Assembly (NCBI GenBank): GCA_030704615.1
Contig: CM060732.1
Span: 1,240,001-1,304,000, forward strand
Direction of reading: 5' to 3'
DNA from: Takakia lepidozioides
Taxonomy: Eukaryota > Plantae > Bryophyta
DNA: 64,000 nucleotides
The notes beneath the pieces are model-generated. The model worked only from the letters and a program-made list of their open reading frames with translations, was not told where the DNA came from and made no database searches. Within the stretch, counting starts at the first letter, position 1; each line of letters opens with the position of its first letter. The translations under genes and the position numbers were made by a program. Shown here piece after piece: positions 1 through 11,084 of this stretch.

Positions 1-3000
1 AACGGAGGCAGCGGAGCCCGGTTTCGTCGGAATTCAACATCCAGCTTCAATTGAAACTCGGATGGGTCGAGCGAGCCGGGCGGAAGGTCCACATACCAAG
101 GGCAATCACGCAAATGTTCCAGATGCCACTCCTTCACAATATCGTCAATGTACATGGAGTCAGCCCCAGGGTTCCTCCATGCCAGGAAGAATGGTGGCTC
201 GAAAGACAGATGACCTTTCTCCAAAAGGGAGAACTTGCAGTACCTGCATTCATGAAAAACACAATGAGGTCCCTGAAATGCATATTCGGCACCATTTTCC
301 CAGGTTGGGGCGGATGTGAGTGGGCCTAGAAATGGAAAAATGGCGCCGAATTTCGGTTTTCGGTGACTGCCACCCTAGGGACTTAGCCATCTTGGGAGCC
401 CTGAACTGGAAATTCGGCGCCATTTTTCCCGGTTTGGCCCGAAGATGGCTAAGTCCCAGAACCGCAATAGGGCCTAGAACAGGAAAAATGGCGCCGAATT
501 TCCAGTTCAGGGCCAGCCACCCTAGGGACTTAGCCCGAAAATGGCTAAGTCCCTGAACGGCAATAGGGCCTAGAACTCGAAAAATGGCGAAGAATTTCCA
601 GTTCAGGGCCAGCCACTCTAGGGACTTAGCCCGAAAATGGCTACGTCCCTGAACGGCAATAGGGTCTAGAACTGGAAAATGGCGCCGAATTTCCAGTTCA
701 GGGCCAGCCAGTCTAGGGACTTAGCCCGAAAATGGCTAAGTCCCTGAACGGCAATAGGGCCTAGAACTGGAAAATGGCGCCGAATTTCCAGTTCCGGGCC
801 AGCCAGTCTAGGGACTTAGCCCGAAAATGGCCAAGTCCCTGAACGGCAATAGGGCCTAGAACTGGAAAATGGCGCCGAATTTCCAGTTCAGGGCCAACCA
901 GTCTAGGGACTTAGCCATTTTCGGAGCCCTGACTGGAAATTCGGCGCCATTTTCCCTAACACCACATGAGGCCTCTAACATCCTGAAATGCAAGGACTTG
1001 AAATAAAGGCAGCGCGTATGTACCTGTACAGAAGGCGCATTGCTGCTTTGTCCGCGTTCGGCTGGTCGGTGAACTCGTGGCTCCGGCGAGCATCTGCTAT
1101 CTCCCGAAAGAATAGGTTGGTTTTGTAGAGCAGAAAGCACCTCGTCACATAGTCGCGTAGGCTCTCTGCTGCAGGAGATATCTCCATCTTGAACTGATGT
1201 GCTTGTGTGTCCAGCTGCTCTTGCGCATTCGTCGTCACCTGTGGAGATTCTCCATCAGATCGCTTTCCTGAAAAAATACAATGAATCCACCCCCTACTAG
1301 AGTAGAAGCCCCAAACGAAGCGTGGGGAAGTACCTGAAACCACCATGTCATGCGGTTCATCCACATGTTGAATGTGGGGTCAGAGAGTTTGTCCGGTTTG
1401 GGGAAGCTCCACATGTCCCTGGTACTTTGGGAACCATTCCAGATTTGGAGCCACCAGGTCTGTCCAACCACCCAGCATATTCGTAAGCGCCAAACACCAC
1501 AAAAAGGAGTTGTTGCCACCACAATTTGGTTAAGAATGTATCACCTTTTCTGTTGCATCCACACAGGATGTGGCTAGACGATGGAGCTTCTCCAATGTCA
1601 TCGTGGGCTTCAGAGCGCGAGAGTAGTGCTTCCCCACCTCCACCAGAAAGTCGGCACCAAGGGCGGGATCAGCTATGGCCACGTACTTTACCATCCGCGA
1701 CTTATACTTTATGCGGGCCCTCACCTCCGCAGCTTTGACATACGATTCGAGTGCCGGGAGGGTTGGATTCTTCTCCTCTGACTCCATGTAGAACCTCTGC
1801 GCATGTGCCCCATGCCAGGAGGCGATGATTGCCATCCCACACGTAGAACATCTTACCGGACAAGTGCTGGAAAAGAGGATCACTAGCAATCGATCTCTCG
1901 AACTCCTCATTTCGCGTTTGCCAATGGGGACCCCATTTGTCCACCTCATCGGAAGTGTGGGCACGGGAAGCTCCGTGGTCGTTCTCAATGGAAACGTAAA
2001 ACGCGGCAGACCCCATTCGATATCCATCCCGGAAAGAGAATTTCAGCTTGTCGATATCGCCTGGGAGGGCAGGTCTCACCACCTGCAATGACACCAAGCG
2101 GCAAAGGGGAATTCGAAGCTTGGCCGGGTACACCATGCCCCCCAGCACCCTGCCAATGTTGTTGTGGGTTGCCTCCAACATCTTGGCAGCGGCCAACTTC
2201 ATATCCGCCTCCGACATGACGTCTGCTGCAGAGGGGTTTTCCGGCAGCCCACCAGGACCGCCAAATCCAGCCTGTATGCTCCGGGTTTGGGGCCTGGGGA
2301 TGTCCGGGAGGATGCCATCCTGGTCAGAAAGCTCCTTGTCGTCCTCCTCAACAAGGTCAGCCACCTGCAAAACCACCTCCAGCACTCTCCCCGTCTCTAC
2401 TGCCCTCTCCCTGGCTTCACCTCGAACTTGCACAATCCGTGCTCTTTCTGGTGTTCTTTCCTCTCCTCCACTCTCCACCGTATGGATAATTGCAGGGGCT
2501 GCTCTTGCCCGCGATGGTCTAACCGGTGTGTTGCTGCCTCTTTGCGGTGTCTTGGAGGGATCCACCGTCTCTGTGCGTCCCTCACTTACATGGGAATCTG
2601 TCAGTTCGGAACCCCTGGCCTCTTCAGTGGCCTTTTCTCTTTCCTCCTGGCTAGCCTTGTGTCTTGCCTGTTCTTTTGCCATCTCTTTTGCCCTCTCACG
2701 GGCTCTCTGTTTCTTATTAGGGCTAGCAGCAGGGGAGCCCGGATGGACGACCACCTTTGAGGTAGGCGAACTGACACCCTCGCGTGCACTGCGAACTCCC
2801 CCCTCCGCAGCCCTTGACGGCTCTCGCGCCGGGGATTGCACGCGCTTGGCTTTCTTCTTCTTCTTTGCTTGGACGGGCCCTACTACTTCTCCATCAACAA
2901 CCTCCATTGCCGGATCTGCTGTTCTCACTTCCTCACGCCCTTCACCTGCCATGAGGCCTGCACCAACCTCCCCAATGCCTATTCTGTCGTACTCTCGCTG

Positions 3001-3099
3001 CAGGTCCTCCCGTCCACCAACAAAAGGTTGAAGTTTGCCCTCTCGCTCCAAGGTGGGCGGTTCAAACATGCGATGAGTTGCAGCAGTTGATGATACCAC
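1..3099 (-). pseudogene. Intron-containing ParB/Sulfiredoxin-like domain gene, copy A (frameshifted; runs off left edge)
   Basis: ORF 3099..1702 has a disordered N-terminus, then RIPLCRLVSLQVVRP...FYVWDGNHRLLAW (ParB/Srx DGxHR motif). It continues in the 2027..1530 frame and in an exon ending LYR|gt near 1024. After tgcag| the exon 243..1 reads YCKFSLLEKGHLSFEPPFFLAWRNPGADSMYIDDIVKEWHLEHLRDCPWYVDLP. Confidence 0.7.
330..955. repeat. Tandem array, ~95-96 bp unit x5, two hairpins per unit, inside an intron of ParB copy A
   Basis: Unit starts (TAGGGcCTAGAAC) at 468, 564, 660, 755, 850. Each unit has GAACTGGAAA-ATGGCGCCGAA-TTTCCAGTTC and AGGGACTTAGCC-CGAAAAT-GGCTAAGTCCCT. Confidence 0.95.
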
Positions 3100-3849
3100 C
3101 AGCGTGCCGGGCTCGTCGTCACTCTGTCATTCCCAAAATCGTGAGAACCAACGTCGGTGCCAAAACCAGCATCGCAACCACCATAGCAACAATCGTGTAA
3201 CAAAAATGAAAACATAACAAGTTTAGGAAGTATGGAGAGCCATGCAACAACAATGAAAACAAATGCAACCATTGCCTGAGAATGACATGCACAAGCAGCC
3301 TTCTCCAGAGCTGCCGGATTTGCACACGCATTGCAAACAATCTAAGGTTCACTCATCCAACGAAGCCAGGATGAAGATGCAAAAACAAAGCCAGGCAACA
3401 AAGCGAAAGCGAAAGCGAAAGCAAAAGCGAAATCGAACAAAGCGAAAGCAGGAGTGGCTTGCCTGAGAGTAGTCGGCTTCAGTTGGCGCAGGTTGTGAGC
3501 AAGACACTAGAATCTCTTGCTGGAGCTTCAGTTTGGCCATGCGAGAGATTGGCCGTCGTCCGTAGTACAGAGCTTTCAACTTCCGCCGCGGTCTGGATGT
3601 GAGGTCTCTCTCAGGAGAGCCACGCCCTTCAGGCGGCATAAGTCCCAGCCAAAATGGAAAAAGATCTCCGTTTTTGGGGTACATGCCTCGAATAGCATGT
3701 TAAGCCAAGATTAGCATCAGATTTAGGGTACGTATCCAGGAAGCCATGTGTCGCCAGCCCGAATGAAAACGGACGGCGGTGGACATTTATTGCCCAACTG
3801 CGCAATTAAATGTCGGATGAAGCCCTCCATGTCGGATGAAAAATGACGG

Positions 3850-4900
3850 AACTCGGCCCGGAATTTCCAACGTAGAGGTAATTCGAAGCGCTGCAGGATG
3901 GAAATCCGGCGCCGGATTTCCATCCTGCAGGTAATTCGGAGCGCAGCAGGATGGAAATTCAGCGCCGAATTTCCATCCTGCAAGGTAGGGCGGCGCGCGA
4001 AATTTCCCTCACGTAGGTAATTCAGAAGCGGATGGATGGAAATCCGGCGCCAGATTTCCATCTGCGCAGGTAGGGCGGCGCGCGAAATTTCCCTCACGCA
4101 GGTAATTCGGAGGCGGATGGATGAAAATCCGGCGCCGGATTTCCATCCGCGCAGGTAGGGCGCCGCGCCAAAATTCCCTCACGCAGGTAATTCGGAGGCG
4201 GATGGATGGAATCCGGCGCCGGATTTCCATCCGCACAGGTAGGGCGGCGCGCCAAATTTCCCTCACGCAGGTAATTCAGAAGCGGATGGATGGAAATCCG
4301 GCGCCGAATTTCCATCCAGCAGGTAAGTCGGATCGCTGGCGTATGGATATTCGGCGCCGAATTTCCATTCGCCAGGTATTTCGAAGCGCTGAATTACCTT
4401 CCTGTAGGTAATTTTGAGCGTGTCCGATTGATTTTTCGGAGAAAAACAAACTAAACTGTTTGTTTTGTGGCTGAAGTGCACTTGTAGACACATTTTTCTT
4501 GGAATCCTTGACTGCTACAGGCAAATCGGAACAGCCTCGGACGGAAATTCGGCGCCGTTTTTCCATTCTGGGAGGTTTTGACGACTTCCTTTGAGGGGGC
4601 CCCGATGGAAATTCGGCGCCGAATTTCCATCCGGGGGATGGTCTCTGTCGGAGAGGTGCTGGCCTCTCCGCTGCTCTGTTGGATATTCGGTGCCGAATTT
4701 TCGTCCAGGGGTTGAAATATGACGGCCAGGTGCCGGCCTCTCCCCCCTCCCCAACTGCATTGGAACGGCCCCGGATGGAAATTTGGCGCTGTTTTTCCAT
4801 TTGGGGAGGTTTTTATGTCGGCCAGTTTTCGGCCTGACGACTTCATCCGTGCGGCCCTTGTTGGATATTGGGTGCCGAATTTCCATTCGGGGGTAGTAAT
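3850..4900. repeat. Palindrome array upstream of ParB copy A (~85 bp unit x4 plus dispersed copies)
   Basis: CCCTCAC recurs at 4006, 4091, 4176, 4260. Core is the palindrome GGATGGAAATCCGGCGCCGGATTTCCATCC, with variants GAAATTCGGCGCCGAATTTCC out to ~4885. Confidence 0.95.
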
Positions 4901-5245
4901 ATGACGGCACGGTGCCGGCTTCTCCCCTTCAGCCGACATCATCCGGACGGCCCCCCACTTTCTGACTGCATACCGTTGGCAGTTATTGCGCAAAGACCAG
5001 GGGCCGCATTCCGGAGACAAGGTTCATTAACACTCTGACTCTGGATTTTTGAGATAGTTGGCTCCCTGGATTTGGATCAGGCTTCGTCGCTCGGACAAAT
5101 CGGCACCGCATTCCTTCCCATCGTAGCATCCCCCTTCTACCAGGGAGCTTCCCCGCACGCCATCCTGGCAGTCTTGTGTGCACATCTCCCATGGCAGTTG
5201 CCAAAACAAAATTATTCAAACAACGGTTAAGACATATGTGCTTAC

Positions 5246-6983
5246 CTGAGTGAGGAACGATACAAGCATGTCCCATGATTTCAAGGGCACCCCTTTGAAT
5301 GTGGACTTCCTGGATTCCATCATTGCCAGAAAACTTTCATTCACCACCTTACGATGGAACTGGCCCAAAACCCTGGATGGATGTTCTCTTGCATCGAAAG
5401 GCTGCTCCCTCGACTTTGTTGTTCTTCTATCCCTCCTAGTTGGAGAAGGCTGTCTTTCAGCGACCTCTGACGGGCCCTGTTCCTGCGGAGCTGCACTCTT
5501 CCCCTTCCCCTTCGGATCCCCGACAATCTTCCCCTTCCATTTTGGAGTAGCAAATTTCTCAGACTCTTTTGCAGCCAGAGCAGCAATGATTCTGTCCTGA
5601 ATGTCTTTGTCAGCCAGTGGGGCAAGTGCCGCGGTGTTGTCGTTAAGGTTTCTCAAAACAACTTCATCAAATGGTGTGTCCTGTTTTGGCAGATCGAGGT
5701 ACCACCCACAGTCTCTGAAGTGCGCCCTGCTCCAGTCTCTGGCAATACCAGCCGTGTACATTGTCTTGTCTTTGGAGGGGTCAGCCCATGAGTAGATGAA
5801 GTCTGGGTCATCGCTAAGGTACTTTCCCGGTATGAGGACATGATACATGTACCTGAATGACACACACACCCAAAATCCAGACAGTCAATCGATCTGATCA
5901 GGACACAGATCACACATCACGAAAAGGGTATTGGCATGCAGGTCAGTAACACTGATAAACTAATGTTTGAAACCCCGAATCAACCTTGCGTTGCCGCAAT
6001 GTTGATTCGAGCTGAAATGGAAAACACCAAATTTGGAGAACTGCACTTTCAACAAACACCTACGAGAGGGAAAGCCCATTATCCTAAAACATCTCATGCA
6101 CAACATGGAACCCCAATCAACCTTGCGTTGACGCAAAGAAGATTGGCGGATACACCTATGATAATGTAGCATTGAAAGAGACAGTGATTGACAACGGAAT
6201 TCAACATTGCGTCAACGCAAGGTTGTTTTCATTAACAGAGGAAATGGAAAACAATGCTTGAAAACAACCATCCGAAGATCTGCTGGTATGGATATTCAAC
6301 CTTGCGTTGACGCAAGGTTGAATTCCTGTGCTGAAACACCTGTCCATGGTATTTGATAACCTTAACTTTTCAATTGTATGGAAATCGGGTATTTCTGTGG
6401 GACATTTCTAGCAATCCATACTGTCAAACAACGTTGCGTCAACGCAAGGCTGTTTGTTGGTACAGTGTAAGCTCTAAACAACATTTCAAACAGACTCCAA
6501 ATAGACTTTAAGTTCATCCTGGCAGCATTGGAACTGGAAACCACCAAAAAAACAGCCCAAGAACACAGGAAAACCTACATAGCCTGGCCCTTCATCAACC
6601 TTGCGTTGACGCAAGGTTGATTTGCCTGTCAGTTTTTGCCCTTTCACATGCAGAAAAACGACATCATTGGATACCCCAGGTACATGAAAGTGAAACCAAA
6701 ACAACGGGATATAAGCTTGCGTTAACGCAATGTTGCATTGAAATGGAAAGGCGATGCAGTTTCTCTTGGGTCATCTCTGGCTTGGAGCCATACTTGTCAT
6801 AATGTGCTTTCACCTGTTCCAGAAATTCCATGCCAAGACTTGGATCTACTATGCGGATTTGTTTGTCGAACGCACTCATGAGGTTCTTCCTTTGATTGTT
6901 CATCTCGAATTTCATAATGTCCTCAAGCCCAGTTGCAGACCTCTGCTCTTTTGTGTGGGAAGCATAGTACTCTACTTTCGCCT
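5246..6983 (-). pseudogene. Diverged paralog (copy B) of the ParB-gene 3' exons, cut at 6983 by a MULE terminus
   Basis: VDPSLGMEFLEQVKAHY..MTQEKLHRL matches copy A ADPALGADFLVEVGKHY..MTLEKLHRL. Exon 5852..5246 (LSDDPDFIYSWADP..RDWSRAHFRDCGWYLDLP) matches exon 243..1 and has the same AG|GTAC splice position. Confidence 0.75.
5980..6730. repeat. Dispersed CAACCTTGCGT-TG-ACGCAAGGTTG palindromes
   Basis: Full copies near 6297 and 6596; degenerate copies near 5981, 6118, 6204, 6430, 6715. Confidence 0.9.
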
Positions 6984-7339
6984 GAGGTTAGCTATTTCAT
7001 GAGCATGAGCGGCATGAGCGGCATGAGCGGAGTAGTAAGACAATCGGTTTTCATGAGCAGAAGTACAAATTTTGAAAATAAAAAACAATAAAAAACAATA
7101 ATTTAATGCAATGTGTCAGGAAAAACAAATATATTATTCGGCCCCTTGAAGGGAAAATTGTAGTTTTGACAGTTGTGCTCATGATATTTCGTCTTCCGCT
7201 CATGCCAATTCCCAGCGACATGTGCAAATATGGCGCCGAATTTTGCGGTAATAGGGTCCGTAACCTGAAAAAACGGCGACGTATTTCGCGGTAATAGGTC
7301 TCTCTGGCGAAAAATGGTGCCGAATTCCGCGGCTATAGG

Positions 7340-7670
7340 TCCCCTCATGACAGATAATTCGGCGCCATTTTTCCAGAGCATGTTCGGACTTAGCCAGTTT
7401 TCGGCGCAAAATAGGGAAATTCGGCGCCATTTTTCCAGACACTGTACCAGTGCATGTTGGGACTTAGCCAGTTTTCGGCCCAAAAAAAAGAAATTCGGCG
7501 CCATTTTTCCAGACACGGTACCAGTGCATGTTGGGACTTAGCCAGTTTTCGGCCCAAAAAAGAGAAATTCGGCGCCATTTTCCCAGACACAAGTTCAGTG
7601 CATGTTGGGACTTAGCCAGTTTTCGGCCCCAAAAAGAGAAATTCGGCGCCATTTTTCCAGAAATGGCCCC
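7340..7670. repeat. Subterminal tandem array, 74 bp unit x4
   Basis: CATGTT(G/C)GGACTTAGCC at 7379, 7453, 7527, 7601; each unit contains GAAATTCGGCGCCATTTT. Confidence 0.95.
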
Positions 7671-7815
7671 ACAACTGCTTCTGTTGGATCTCAGTTTGAA
7701 TGGAATATTGCCTCATTCCAAGAGTTTTGGGGTGCATTTCATTACACTGCAAAAAAAAGTCTGATACAGCAAAATGCAATTGAAAATATCCATATGGAGG
7801 ATTCCCTTTGCCCCA

Positions 7816-10800
7816 TCAATGATTTCTGGAATCCCTAAGGAGGAGTTTGTGCAGCTCGTTCACGCTCAACGCCGGTGCATGAATAAAGTCATCAATAGTC
7901 ACGTTCATCCTCAACCTCTTCAGGTAAATGTAATACAGATGCTTGCACGGATAATACTTCGAACCCTTCTTTGCTTCCATCAACGAGAAGTCCGTACAAT
8001 TGCAAGTCGGCTCCACTCCAATCGTAATTGTGTACACATCGTCGCGTACAGCCGAGCCGGCTGTTGCCATCCGATACACACGCCCAAGGCCGGGTGGGGG
8101 TACGTCCACGGAGCTCTGAATAGTGTAAGCCATCCCAAGAGCATTGGCAATCCGAGTCTCATTCAACTTGTTGGGAGGGTGTCGTCTCTTCACTCTTCCG
8201 AATTGCATTGTGGGATGTGCAGAATTGTCCAATCCGTCTCTATTGGATCGAGCAGTCTGCAATGGTTGGGTCTGAGGAACCGGAAATGCGTGGGCCGGGA
8301 TGTCTGTGCGTTGCACCATTCAAAATCCTGCTGCAGATAGAACATCCGCCTCATTCTGAGAGAGGCTACAACCCGGTGCAACAGGCCAGACGCCCGGAGG
8401 CTCTGGCATTCCCTGAATCCCGTACTTGGGCTTGCCAAATACACAGGTCATTATGTCGTGCCTACAGAACCAAAATGTCTGCGTTGTGGCGTGAGCAAAT
8501 GTGGGAGTCAAAAATCTGCCGCTGAAACAAGGTGCAGGTACAGCACCGTGTGGGTTCCTCCAAATCATCTCACCACAACGTGCTCTCGTATCCACCCGGA
8601 TGGCGCAGCACTTCCCTCGAAATGCCGGCAATGTCCTCGCAATTCTCCACTGTGACTCCGACACTCTTGTCTCCACAATGGGAATGTTGTACTGCTTTAC
8701 TACAGATGGCTCGTTATGTTGCCGGGGCACGTGCCCTGTGCTCAAAAGAGATGGCGATCTTGAACGTGCAGGACTTGCGGTGCTCGACGAGACCTCCTCG
8801 GGCAACATCACCGGACCACGAGGGAGCGTGCGAATATTCTTGTCAGCTTGCCATGAATCATCTTCTCCGCCAGGTGCCTCGTCAAGTCTTCGTCTCACTG
8901 GACGGGTATGAACATCTCCTTCCAAATGTTGGCCTCTTCGCAGCAATGGCGTATCCCGAAGGCCCTCTCGCAAGGCCGCCGCCCACTTCCAAGGATTCTT
9001 CGATCTAGAGGCAGTCCGCATCAGCATTTCCTGCCTGTCCGGCCCCAAGCCCCACTGTTTCCCTTTCAAGAACTCGTTGTACCTGCATTGCTACATAATT
9101 GACCTCACAATGTCCTCCGTTGTGGCAGTGAGGATATCCACCAGATGCACCGCAGAGGAGGCACGCTAGGAAGAGTGCACTGATTCGGCCATGTTTGTCG
9201 TGGGCATGTCGGTGTCGGAGTCGAGACACATTTCCTGCACAAGCACATGTTGAGGTTACAAGCAAGTTACAAATATGGCCAAGAATAATATTCAACGGGA
9301 CGCGAATTCGTGCAACTCACCTCCCGCATATAGTCGCCGAACTGGAGGAAACGATAATGCCACCATGCTAGCCAACTGACCATTGCTCCCTCGTCTGATT
9401 TCCTTACAGCACCTGACGATGTCCACCAAGCCCGTATACATACAAACTGTGTCTCTGCATCATCCAAGGTGGGAGCGCGCTTCCACGCAAGGCACATGGA
9501 ACGGTGCTCCTCTCTGAAATCTGGCGCCACGAGCCTGGTTGTGTACTGCGAAAGGCTCTACAGAAAATGGAACCCACAAGATCTCTCCTTGCCTTCCATG
9601 GGAACATTGGGGTCTTGCCCGTACACCCTTTGGATGGCAGCCCAATTTACTTGTGCGTTGTCCGCCATGAAACCACGGAAATTGGGAGGGGGCAATCCCG
9701 CCTTGGCCATCTGTTCGTTTATTCCCTGCCAAAGAAGCATCTCCGATTGTGTGTCCTCTCTTTTCATCTCACAAATAGCAATTGTCATTAGCATCCTACA
9801 GTGGGTGTCGTAGACATGTGCACCCATTGTCACCCACTGGTGATTTGTAATTCGCTTGATATGGTCGAACATGACCCAACTGTTTGACAAGTCCCCACTC
9901 GTCATCCTGTCGACCAGTTAGACGCCGCTGCGAGGTCCACACGTGGACATTTTGAATACAAAACAACGATCTGCCTCAGTCCCTTGTCCTGGAAACCTAC
10001 TTCCATGAATGTAGTCATATCCACATCGTCGCTTCACCTCCAGAATGGAGTGCATATCCGAGCCACGCCCAATTTTCTGTTTGCATGAGACAATGTGGTT
10101 TCGGACATTCGGTGAACATACGTGGGACACCGACTCCAGCAATGCCTCCATTTCCTTCTCATCGAGAGGAACTCTATCGGAGCCGTCTTCCGACATAATT
10201 CTGGCCAATGCCATCTTATGGGCGGCTTGGAGCTGTATCTGTTTGGGTTTGGCACCCGGTCTCAACTTAACCTCCTCCTGAACGAGCTGCTCTGCCTCGT
10301 GGGCAGCCTCCCGCGAGTTCCCCCTCGCCAATTTGTGACAATGGGAACCAACGTGTATGCAAGCTCGGGTGAGGTCAGGGAAACGGTGCAACACATAGAA
10401 CTGCTTGGCATTACAAACAGACATGCAGTGTGGTGGTTCTTTGCAATGCGCACACTTAAATGTGGAGTTCGGAACCTTCTCCTGAGCTCGAAATGGTTGA
10501 TGAGCTGTGCCTGTCCAATCGGTCTCGTTCCTGTGACCTCTGGATTTAAAGTGGAAGCAAGTTGGGGAGAAACACCACAACGCGCCCGCACAAACAACGT
10601 AGCGCACCCGCACACCATCGAGCATCTTCATGCTGGTGGTTTTGGTAACGCACCAAGGATGACCGTCATGTTTTCTATCCATATCTGTCAACATTCCGGA
10701 CGCCCTCGAGTAGTCCGCCCGAGGAGGGAACTCAAAGAAGATATTACCGTCGACGTCGGCGGGAAGGCATGTAACCGATTTAATTGCAAACTTGCTGTAG

Positions 10801-11084
10801 TCCAGCCCGGCCAGCTCCGACCAGTGTCCCTCCAGGTGAAGCCCTCGCAGAATTTCAAGAATAGATCGAACTGCGGTGCTCGTGCTGGGAATATGACTCC
10901 CTCCTCCACTGACGTCCATTGAGGACTTGCCTGATCTCCAGGACGACCTCGGAACTTCCATGACCTCGTCTGAGTCGGACAGGTTGTGAACAACCCGGTT
11001 CTCGTGGCTTGTCGAGGGGATTGATTTCCTGTTGGATTTGGATTGGGCTTGTGACACTGTCTCCTGTTTTTGGCTGTAGGTCAC
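7816..11084 (-). pseudogene. MULE transposase pseudogene (GCM-like Zn domain, DDE core, SWIM finger)
   Basis: GCM-like CAGALWC..CAHC..C..HVGSHCH. Core WVMFDH..FMADNAQ..CGFH. SWIM CNCTDF..PCKH. In-frame stops at 9918, 9558 and 8320; intron ~9320-9092. Confidence 0.85.

Larger units (their letters stand above)
6984..11084 (-). mobile_element. Mutator-like (MULE) element: one terminus plus transposase; other terminus not found
   Basis: The terminus GAGGTTAGCTATTTCATGAGC followed by CATGAGCGG repeats matches the TIR family of the TSD-flanked element at 37051-39797. Confidence 0.8.

Noticed and set aside
330-955. CRISPR-like palindromic repeats (also 3850-4900 and 46030-52030)
   Set aside because: Spacers are repeated or low-complexity rather than unique; no cas genes; eukaryotic context.
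2048-3031. 327-aa plus-strand ORF
   Set aside because: Antisense shadow of the ParB ORF; Ser-rich, no motifs.
3723-5020. Many ORFs with MEIRRRIS/WKFGAEF peptides
   Set aside because: Translation artefacts of palindromic repeats.
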